Positions 52,402-63,244 of a stretch of DNA of 64,000 nucleotides are shown here, one piece after another (within the stretch, counting starts at the first letter, position 1; every line of letters starts with the position of its first letter). Source of the stretch: Diadema antillarum (taxonomy: Eukaryota); NCBI RefSeq assembly GCF_040938485.1, contig NW_027270909.1, positions 3,162,001 to 3,226,000 of the forward strand, in the 5' to 3' direction. Under the pieces are notes generated by a model, which did not search any database, was not told the origin of the DNA, and saw only the letters and a list, made by a program, of their open reading frames with translations. The position numbers and the translations under genes are program-made.

Positions 52402-53252
52402 TTCAACTTGTTAGGAATACTGTAAGACGCTTAAACCCAATTCTACTACTGTGTACCCTCACATATGGATCAATCATTTCTCTCTATTTTTTAAACACAT
52501 AATGTACACATTCAAATCTAATCATCATTCCAGCCTCTGACAATTTCTAACTCGCATTTCTTTGATATATCACGAGGATGTAATCTCTGTGTGTGTTTGT
52601 TACTTTTTTAGTTCTGTGTATATCGTAATTCGCGAAGCCTGTAAATGAAATATACAAGTTGTAGGCTGTATTACTCAATGTTTGAGTACGGTAAAAATCA
52701 AGTTTGACGTCATGCATTACAAGTATCCACTATGTGGCATAATGTTGTTACCTTCTCGAAGAAAAGCTGTATTCCTAAGTGTGCAGTTATATATTCATGT
52801 ATTTATTTATACGTATTATAACTGACCTATTTATTTGTTCATTTATACATTATATTTATTAGCCTCTGTGCAATGAACTGACTGTAATGTTATTTATTTA
52901 ACTGTTATGTATACTATAAGGTTTCGAAAGAGTAATGTGGATTTTTGTCGCATTTTAAGTCTGATGCATACTTCTATATTATACCAAACCGTTAAAAAAC
53001 ATTTAACCAGGATAATCATAGTAAGGAGTGTTTAGACATGGTTAGATGTTTAATTTCCGTTTCCTCATAGGGTGAGAAGCTGCACCTCTCAAGTATATTC
53101 TGCGTACATGCTGTGCATGCATGCACCTACTACAAAGGGCACTTATCTATTGAACACAATAAACAAATAAAATATAATGTATCGTGTCTGAGCACATTAT
53201 TGACTTCCCAAAGAGTTTACAAATACTTCAATGACATAATGATATATATATG

Positions 53253-53313
<61 letters not shown>

Positions 53314-53543
53314 TATATATATTACATACATACATGCATACATTTATATTGTATCGAATACAGATTGACGTTTGGCGTCTGTTCCTCTACTTGCTTAGTA
53401 ACCCCCGACGCTTAATCACAAGAGACCGGTATCATTTTCTGTTTCCACATTTGTACGTGCGTAAGAGTTTGAGTGTGGCTATGTAGATCTGATGTGGATG
53501 TGCTTGATCGTATGGTTGCAAGGGTGTTCATTAGTTGGTTGTA

Positions 53544-53581
<38 letters not shown>

Positions 53582-54761
53582 GATATATCATTTCAGTGAA
53601 TATGTGTAAGATTTAGGGTGTGTGCTCAGTGAGAAGAGAAGTGAGTCAACATCGGTCAACTCGGTCTTATCTCTCAGACCGAGTAGATACATACATCATT
53701 CAACATAATTTTGATGTAATCATGTAGGCCTACTTGAAATAACACAAACACAAACACACACACACCCAAACAACATACACATGTAACGCAAGTAACACAC
53801 ACACACACACACACAAACGTAACGTGCGTATACACAGCCAGAGCCAGAAACAAGCACGCATCACAAAAAAGGAAGAAAATTTCTACTCGTTAAGAAGAAA
53901 TCGTGAAAGAAACAATATAATGACGTAATAGAATACCGTGTTTTCATTTAAAAAATGAGCGGTTTGAGGTAAATGATTATTTGAAAACAATTTCTAGATA
54001 TCACTTGACAAAAGTTTAAAAAAGTTGGTCCTACGTAGGGACGGAGTTTTTAATTTGGGTTGTGAATTCATTTCAAGATTTACAGGTATTATAATCATTG
54101 TTTATCTATACCATTTACCCGAATATGAGAATTAAAGTGAAGAATGCATTCGATCCAAGATTTGAAATATTCGCGATTTGTAACTCGGAGTTCTAAACAC
54201 ACAAGTATGAAATAATGTTGACTTGAATCTTCTCCCTTGGGGGATTTATCAAAAATGATCGTAACAGCTTGACGTCCAGTGTGTACTGTAATTTCTTCTG
54301 TCAAGGTGTTTTCGTTCTAATGCAGGGGCATAATAATAAGAAACTGCTACGTCTTACAAGTGAACTGTGTACCTTGCCCTTATATTCAAATATTAATTTA
54401 ATAGACTACTAACAGGAGGCGCCACAGGAAGATTTTAGCTCTACTGATTTTTTTTTCAAGATTTCTTCACAACTGCTCAACTTTGTACCTTACAACGTAC
54501 GTTTCTTAGTTTTCATTGATGTCCTTATACTCTTCTTTCGGGAGGGGGCGGTATTATATCTAAGACTCCTAACCGGAGGCGCCAGAAGTAGATTTCTGCT
54601 GAGCTGAAACAATAATATTTGAGAGAAGACGTTTCATAACTTTTGTTCCTCGCTAATCAAATAGGCCTGTGCAAATTATGGACACCTGGCAGTGATGGGT
54701 AACTAGATTTAGAGGACCTTGTCGACGAGCAGTTGAAATATCGAAGAGAACATGAGCCATG

Positions 54762-55767
54762 CCCTTATGGAACAAACACAGTGTTACCACTGTCAATGTA
54801 TTCACATATTTAACTATGTGTAAAATGTGTGAATATAGTGTGTTCACAGTTTTGACACAGTGTGAAATTACCAACTATGTGGTTCACCACATACAACTCA
54901 CGTAGTCATACAGTTACCACAGCTTACCACGTAATGGTCACAGTGTGTACTATGGTATAGTATGTGGGCATGGTGTGTTCAAAGAGTTGTCATAGTTTGA
55001 ATTTTCCGACTATGTGGTAAACCACATACTTATCATATGGTGACATGCAGTTAACTCATAATAGTCACAGTGTGTCACATATTGCAGTCTATGGGAATAG
55101 TGCCTCCACAGAGATGTCACAGTGTGAAACGATAAACTATGTGGTTTATCTCCTACTAGCCACATAGAAGTATACAGTTACCACAGCTATCACACAATAG
55201 CCACAGTGTGTTACATAGTCTGTGGGAAAGATGTGTTCACTTATACACAAATATTGTGTATTTAAAACTATGTGACTTACCACATGCTAAATCTGAAAGA
55301 AATCACAGTTACCACAGCTTACCATTGGCCAACGTGTGTCACATACTGTAATTTGTGAAATTTTGTGTGCCCACAGAGTTGCCACAGTGTGGAATTCTAG
55401 TCTATGTGGTTCTTCCCCAAAAGTCACAAACTAATCACAGTATCGCAGGACTATCACAAGACAATACAATATGCCACACAGCAGTACCTCACATGAGTAA
55501 CACACAGCAGTAGGTCCTACTGGAATAAACTAACAAACTAACATACCACACACATATTCCAAAATGTAATTGATAAATAAGTAATGCTGTGAATCATAAC
55601 AATTGATTTAAACAGTATTTAACCTGACATATGCTCCTGCAGTATTACCCATTTAGTTGGAGTGCTGAGGTACAGTATGTGATACTTCATGTGGTATTTC
55701 TGTGGTATTCCTATGGTATTCCTGTGGTACTCTTGTGGTAACACTGTATCACAAATCTTTACACAGG
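54762..55767. mobile_element. CMC/EnSpm-like CACAGT-array element, paralogous to 43056-44130
   Basis: Starts CCCTTATGGAACAAACACAGTGTTACCAC; inverted GTGGTAACACTGT near 55735-55750. Confidence 0.5.
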
Positions 55768-56016
55768 TTATGAATACTCATTAAAAGCAATCAAAATTTA
55801 AGAAAATACATAAAAGACTTTTAATTTCAGAGTATTTATGATGCGATTTACTTTGAACTTTATCATACATTGTCTAATAATATCATAATATTCCCAATGT
55901 CATAGATTTTGTTATGAAAATGTAATTTCATATGTTGATGGTAAAGTATTGTCAAGTTAGTAACCATACCTTAATGCATTACGAATAGATGGTCTGTACA
56001 TGTATATTATCATATT

Positions 56017-56224
56017 GAAGAGTTTGTTCGCAAAAACCGATAAGTCCATATTTGCCAAGTGGAGATATTTGTGATTAAAGATCAAGAAAAACAAAGAGAA
56101 TAATAAGAAAAATTTTGCTTCTTTTGACCATAACTTCAAAAATATATCTTTATATGTATGAACAATATATCATTTAAAAAGGTATTATTTTGTACTTTAT
56201 GACAGAGACCGTACTTCAAAATCT
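56017..56224 (+). mobile_element. 244-bp MITE family copy running into the gap
   Basis: Left TIR and interior match 41329-41572. Confidence 0.8.
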
Positions 56225-56401
56225 NNNNNNNNNNNNNNNNNNNNNNNNNNNNNNNNNNNNNNNNNNNNNNNNNNNNNNNNNNNNNNNNNNNNNNNNNNNN
56301 NNNNNNNNNNNNNNNNNNNNNNNNNNNNNNNNNNNNNNNNNNNNNNNNNNNNNNNNNNNNNNNNNNNNNNNNNNNNNNNNNNNNNNNNNNNNNNNNNNNN
56401 N
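56225..56401. other. Assembly gap (N run)
   Basis: Run of N. Confidence 1.
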
Positions 56402-56502
56402 AATCATGCGCTTTCCTCGCCAGGATAAAGCGTTTTTAGATCTATTGCCATTTTAGGTTTTTTATCACATTCACTTCTGTTCGTTTTTGATCAGTGACTA
56501 CC

Positions 56503-56600
56503 AGGAAAGGCTGGTTGACTATCAGGTAAAGTCTGATTGACTATCAGGAAAAGTCTGATTGACTACGGGAAAGACCGTTGACTATCAGGAAAGTCTGATA
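56503..56600. repeat. About 20-bp tandem repeat TGACTATCAGGAAAAGTCTGAT, about 5 copies
   Basis: Direct inspection. Confidence 0.8.
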
Positions 56601-56923
56601 CAGTATTCCATCACTGACAAGGCACAACTACTGGCTGGGATGTCTCTTTGGGGCCGGAGGTGTGAGGTTGCGTCAGTGAAAGACGAGATGAGGTGGGTCT
56701 CTGAACCGTTTATCTTCGTGATAGTAAATCGGAGCAATGACATTGGCAATGTAAGTCCATTGAAAAGCTATCAGGGATTCATTTTGTCATGTTTTTTTTT
56801 TTAACACTGAATTCATCCTTTCATCTTTGGCTCTTCATGGAGGGAACCAGTCCATGGATGCGTCGTTGCTACGCCTAACGCGCACAGACACACTGCGCGG
56901 TTACCATGCACTGTGGCACCAAC

Positions 56924-58775
56924 CTCTTCTTCTTCTTCTCGAGTCACTACGCAGAAAGGAACGTTAGATTCGTCCAGTCCAATGTTGGATGCACTGCCTG
57001 GCACAGGGCGTTAGAGCTGCCAGATCCTCCTGTGTGCAAGGCTCTGGTAGAAGTGGACAGACCAGGAGATGTTGCATAGTCTGCTCCTCTCCACACAGGC
57101 AGGTGGTGTCATCATTCTCACTATACCCCCACTTTGCTAGGTTAGATTTGCAGCGGCCGACAGCACTTCTTAGGCGATTGCAGCAGGACCAGAAAGGCCA
57201 TGCCTCACTGGCACCTGATGGTGTAGTTTCCTTAGGGCCGGTAGTAGACACTGTATGCGGTGTATGGGTAAGACGTTCAATCCACATGGATACACGCTGC
57301 TTGTCAGGGCTTTTGTTCAGGGCCTTTACAGAATGCATGAAGCTGCGCCTGGATTTTAGCCTCTTTCTTGAATGATCATGATTGAAGAGAGGGTGGCGAG
57401 GGTCATTTTCTTGCTTCAGCTTTTCCTTCTGGGATGCAACGGTCCTACGGATGCTTGGAGGAGCAATCCCACTCAGTAGGTAGAGGTCTTCAACCTTTGT
57501 GGGCTTTAGGCAACCAGTAATAGCACGACATGAAGAGTTTAGAACAGTGTCAATCTTAGTGGCATGAGCTGATCTACTCCAGACAGGTGACGCATACTCA
57601 GCTGTAGGGTAGCATAAAGCCAGTGCTGTTGTACGTACCGTCTTCGCATCAGCACCCCACTTCGTATAAGTGAGCTTTCGGAGGATACTTTTCCTTGATG
57701 CCACCTTTGCCTTGTTCTTAATGATGTGATCCTTGAAAGTGAGGGACCTGTCAAGTGTCACCCCCAGGTAGACTGGCTTGGATACATGTTGCAGGCGTTT
57801 CCCATACCAACTAATCCGTAGTTGACGGCTGGCTTCCCTATTCTTAAGATGAAACACACTGATTTGTGTTTTGTCTGGGTTAGCTCTTAGATGGTTGTTG
57901 GCATAGTAGGGAATGAGTAAGTCCAGTGCACTGGAGAGGGAGTCCTCTACTTCTTCGAAGGTGTCCTTTTGAGATGCAATGCAAAGGTCATCAGCATAGA
58001 GGAAGCGTCTAGTGTCTGGTTGAGTAGGTTGATCGTTTGTGTAGATGTTAAACAACAAAGGGGCAAGCACACTCCCTTAAGGAAGTCCGTTCTTCTGTGT
58101 CCTCCATCTACTCTTTCTACCACCGAGGTCTACGAAGAATCTGCGGTTTGATAGCATGTTGCAGATCAACTTTGTGAGTCTAACATCTGAGGTCATCTCA
58201 TACAGTTTCTTGGCAAGGATACGGTGATTGACTGTGTCGTATGCTGCAGAAAGATCGACAAAGGCAGCACCAGTGATTTTTCTGTTCTCAAAACCATCCT
58301 CGATGTACTGCGTGAGGTTCAGTAGTTGTCCTGTACATGATTTTCCCGGTCTGAAACCCGCCTGCTCCGGAATAAGGTGATCATCAACGAACAATGCTAT
58401 GCGGTTCAGGAGTTAATGGAGGCGTTCAAACAGCTTGTACATGTGGCAGAGTAGGGATATCGGCCTATAGCTCTTAGGGATGGCAGGGTCTTTACCAGGT
58501 TTCAGTAGAGCAATGACTTTTGCTTTCCTCCACATCTTTGGGATCTTGTTGGACTTAACACATTCGTTGACCATATCAAGAAGCCATCTGCGTGCACCTG
58601 GCCCGAAGTGTTTGATCTGTTCCACTAGGACATCATCAAGACCTGCAGCCTTGTTGTTTTTCATAGACTTCATTGCAGATTCCAGTTCACTCATTGTGAA
58701 TGGCCTTGTGAAACTTGTGGCGTCTTGTGAGGATGCATTAGCAGCTCTGGGAAGTTTAGCCCTCTGAGGACGGCA
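56924..58775 (-). mobile_element. 5'-truncated Vingi/Ingi-like non-LTR retrotransposon (RT pseudogene)
   Basis: ORFs 58413-58694, 58077-58394 and 56964-58070 are one frame split by two in-frame stops (ERLH*LLNR; GLP*GSVL). RT motifs: YRPISLL, QAGFRPG, FVDLSAAYDTV, YADD, YLGVTLD. C-terminal CxCx7Hx3C and a (GAA)n tail are present; there is no endonuclease or RNase H. Confidence 0.9.
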
Positions 58776-60934
58776 ACTACCAGACTAGACGCATTCCATC
58801 ACCGGCAGGTTAGTTTTGAAATCCGTCCGACCAGGAGCAGACATATATCCTTGTGTGTATGTCTGCTTCAGAAACGGATTTTAATCTTACATCACATCGA
58901 ATCCTGGTCGCTGATGAAGAATGTGATTACTAACCTGTTTGGTGTCTTGTTTCTAAATCATGCGCTTTCCTCGCCAGGAGAAAGCGTTTTTAGATCTATT
59001 GCCATTTTAGGTTTTTTTATCACATATACTGATACTCCCGATGACTAAGAATAGGAAGACTATTCTAGATCTATTTAGGACTACAATGGTAGAAGGCCGT
59101 ATGAGTTGTTTGATGTTATACATTAGGAGAAGGACAGATTATAAAGGTAGGGAAATGTTTGTACCGAAATTCATACTCGCCTATTAGGTAAATTATGATA
59201 CATTTCATTATGGCTATTGATTGTCCCAGATTTTTTTCCCGACTATGTTCGATAACACCGAGTGAAAGACTGTGGTAGATACCACAGTATGAGAGACTGT
59301 GGAAGATAACACCGTATGGGATGCCTCACTTTGACATACTGTGTTACCTACCACAGTATTCACCCTGTGATTTTCCACAGTGTGACAATAACACAGTATT
59401 ACCCTACGCCCCATTTCACAGGAAACCATAGTGTGAGATAAAACACTGTGTTTCACACTGTGAATCACAATGTGTGTTTAATATGTTGCAACGCTATGAC
59501 TATTCCAAAAGAGATAGATACAGTATGGATGATTAGACAGCAAACAGCTGACAAAAGGTTTTGAATACGATTTTTCACATGAAAAGCTTCATAAGGAGTG
59601 ACTTAAGGAAAAGCGATATGTTGGATGAATCATTGGAGAATGACAACACCTGAATTGCTGAGGTTGAACGGAGACGCTGTATGTGTATTGTTTGATTAAT
59701 AAATTTTATGTATAGTGCATTGTACATTTACAATCTAAATGTCTTCTGGGTGTGAGACCTTGACATTTTGTTGCAAACGGTGTACAAAATGCATAGGCGA
59801 GAGAGATCTCGAATCTGAACCTTCCCTCGCCCTGGTATTGCAGAATGCCATCATTCACACGGAGGTGCGATAGAACAAGGTCCGCCGGATTTTCGTATTT
59901 CCGCCAAGTTCACTGGACTGTCATTTTCTCCTCCTGTGGCAAGATCAAAATATTGTAAACTGATCCAAAAATGTAATCAATAGTTATTTTTGGAGTTAAT
60001 GATCCAAATGAGCTATTGTCCCATCTATGTTCAGAAGTGATATCCTTCTTTACAAACAACTATTTCCCCGTCGTGATCATCCACCTGTCGAATATAATAT
60101 TTGTAAAAAACTTCGACTCTTCACTTCAGTCAGGTCAATTCGCTTTGCTGATCAGCAGTGATCCTGGCCATTAATCATCTAAACAGAGTCTACATGCTGT
60201 TGTGTTGTGATAGTGATATAACTTTTAAAGATGTGAATACAAGGGAAGCCCCAAATACAGCACCGCAAAAATTGGGAAACCTGCTCATCGTTATGATCTA
60301 ATATCGTCTCATCGAATAAATTAAAGCTAAGTGAATGGTGAAAAAAACGCCAACGAATTCAAATGACGGAGTGACTTTCATACGGCTTTGTATGCCTTCT
60401 AGACTACGTTACCGATAAATTTTAAACAGATACGGAGTAGTAACTGCATCAAAAAAAAAAAAAAAAACAGAGGGCAAGCACATGGGTTACTAACAAAATA
60501 GAAATGGATATACTTACAACTTCAGACTTCGGACAACTATAATATACGTCAGCAGTGTAACAATGACATCAGACACTTCGGAGAATCCCGCAGAATTTTG
60601 ATTTCGCAGAAGGGAAGTTCCATTTCCGTCTACTCAAAGAATACTTAACAATACAACAAACGAAGAGGAAATCTACCACAACATCCGTAATTTATAATAG
60701 TGCGGAATGCATGTGAAAGTACAGGTCATCAACGCACACGTATTCATGCAATCCAACTTGGTGTCAGGTAAAAAAATAACTGGTAAAATATCAAGCGCGA
60801 AAGTGACAGGGGTAGAGAGAAGAAATACTAATGTTATTAAAAGAAATGCCATTTTCGTTGGTAAAGCTTTACGTCTATTGCAAGTGTTGTTTCATTGTAT
60901 CAAACAGTTTTGAATCAGGTTTTGTTTAAGAGGA

Positions 60935-61330
60935 AGTGAATACCATTAAATTGATGTTACACATAACTTTCAAACTTCTGTATTTATGTTTAAGTAGACG
61001 CACAATTTGTCACTACAGTCCTTTCAAAACTTTTTTTTGATTACAATGCTTACATTCATTCGTACAATACAAGACGCTCAACAGATTTTCGTCTACATAA
61101 TCCAAAATCTCTTATAGCTCACAGGTCAGTGAGGCGTCACGGACCTGATACATGGAATGCTTTACCCGACTCCCTAAAGTCACGAACATCTCTGTTTTCT
61201 TTTAAAGCTACTTTAAAGAAATATATTTCAACTCAATATATTTCGTGAAAATAAAGTATAATGATTGATATGATTTTGTTCGTGTTTGTGTTTTGGTTTG
61301 AAATTGTTATTATCATTATATTGATATAAT
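60935..61330 (+). mobile_element. CR1/Crack-type LINE 3' fragment, unit 3 only
   Basis: NAYIHSYNTRRSTDFRL...GPDTWNALPDSLKSRTSLFSFKATLKKYI, then a stop and AATAAA. Confidence 0.75.
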
Positions 61331-62869
61331 GAAGAACAATTTTTATGATTAGAAATGGCCAATCTCATAAACGAGACAACGGAATTGTTAATGTTCATTC
61401 TTTTTCACCTAAATACAGAATAATATTGGCGTGAGATGTATACCAAAATAAACAACTTTGTTATAATTCAAAATGCCGAAGATTTCAAGCAATAGAGATA
61501 AAAGATATTTGCACAATTATACACTTTTGCAGTGACGTTATACTGAAGCATATCAATAGATTATTTTCTTTAAGAAGATATTAAACAAAATATTATTTCT
61601 TTTTGAAAAGTGGAAAAGGTTAAGATCAATGAAGGAGGCTTTTTCTCCTTTTTCTTTACATTGGAAAATGACTTGCACGTAATGGCTTTACATTACAGAA
61701 GTAATTGTTCTATCGCAGCGACTTTCCCTTGATCATAGTATCAGAAAACTTGTGTCAGAAATTGAAGGAAGATATGCCGATGTATTTACCTCATTTGATG
61801 TTAAGGTTTATATGCATGTTCTCGGTAGAGAATAGAAACAGAGTGAAGTAGATATGTCGCTATTGAATATGACTCGATATTATCCTTTCGATGTCTTGGT
61901 TAAAGATGGCAGATAACACGTTGTCCTTCCCTACTGAAAAGAACGCAGTGTCCCACAGTGCGTTCACACTGTCCACAAAGTCTATTTTAATGTAACAGTC
62001 TGGAGATTATTTCACACTGTGGTGTGGTTTTTCAAAGGGTACTCACTATTAATGTTTTGTTCCACACCGTCAATTAATGATTCGCACCTATGAATTGATG
62101 ATTCACAATGTGTTCAAACTGTTGATATGCTTGAATTTATCAGTGCGAACACCTTTCAGGTGTCAAATATGTGTGTCAAGCGTAGCAATTCTCAAAAAGG
62201 GTGGCGAAACCGGAAAGAGGGGGAGGGCCAGACTCTACCTTACATGTCCTTTTCTAGGGGGAGAGGGCTATGTCGACTTCTTCACATCTTAGTTGCTATT
62301 CATCATTCACTATGCTTTTCTCCACAAAAAGTCAGATTCTCATATTTCCTTGTTTTCTTGATATATTAATAAGTTATCAATAAGATATCCGTCTTTGTAT
62401 AAACCAAATTGGCCTTGCTTCCGTTTGTACGGCTTTGGTTTTCCTACTGCAAAACAGAAAATATTCCCGCTGATAAATTTTCCTGGACTCTTAATTTCCC
62501 TTTTGCATCAGTATCTTTAACCGTGAGTTTGGGTTTCTCTCATAAATGTTGTTTCAGAAACATAACCCTGTCGAGTGACAGGTCATTTAGAGTTACAAAC
62601 TGTTTAAATTATGTCAGGGATTCTCTCTATCTAAAAAATTTCACCAGAGATCTGCGTCATCAAATAATGACTTCAGAATTTGTATTCAGCATTCTTGCAA
62701 TGAATATTTTTGTTTGATAGTACTTTGGTCAGTTCCAAGGCAAGGAGTAGATCATTAGAAAAATATCCAATTTGTTATTTTTTTTTAAGTGGAACAGTAA
62801 GTGTATTTAAGAAGGCTATTTCTGGCTCTATAATTTCATGTACAAAATGTAATTATAGCGCCATCTCCA

Positions 62870-63051
62870 GGGAATTCCCTTGTCCATGGAGAGGTCTCAT
62901 ATTTGAACAGGTTGTACAGACGATAGGCCTTTGTTTAAACAGCACAAATGATTGTCTAAGATAGCAGGAAAAAAGTGGGAAGTACTGTAAAGATACCTTC
63001 CGTGTTCATAAAGGTGACACAATCTCTATCCGGTAAGCTGATGGTATAAAA
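62870..63051 (+). promoter_or_regulatory. IL17-E proximal promoter
   Basis: GGGAATTCCC at 62870-62879; CTCATATTTGAA; GGTGACACAA; TATCCGGTAA; TATAAAA at 63045-63051. Confidence 0.7.
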
Positions 63052-63244
63052 CTGGTCAGTGTGGTGTTTTCTCCATCATCTTAATCCTGTATGCTAGAGC
63101 ATCCAGTGAACATCACCGAGCATTTCTTGCCTGGAAGATACCTCAACGTCAACTTGCTGCGTGGAGAGGACTCGTGTAAAACGGCTCAATTGGAAAAGCA
63201 CGTTACACTGCAAGAAACAAGAGGACTTCAACACCACGCTCAGA

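Larger units (their letters stand above)
56402..59024 (-). mobile_element. Short-LTR (TRIM-like) non-autonomous element hosting a LINE
   Basis: Direct repeats at 56402-56469 (partly in the gap) and 58922-59024 differ by 1 substitution and 1 indel over about 69 bp. The full copy runs TGTGAT...ATCACA. A purine-rich tract lies inside the left repeat on the minus strand. Confidence 0.55.
51272..63244 (+). repeat. Tandem segmental unit 3 spacer (D to E)
   Basis: Homologous to units 1 and 2, with private insertions and a deletion near 60.9-61.4 kb. Confidence 0.9.
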
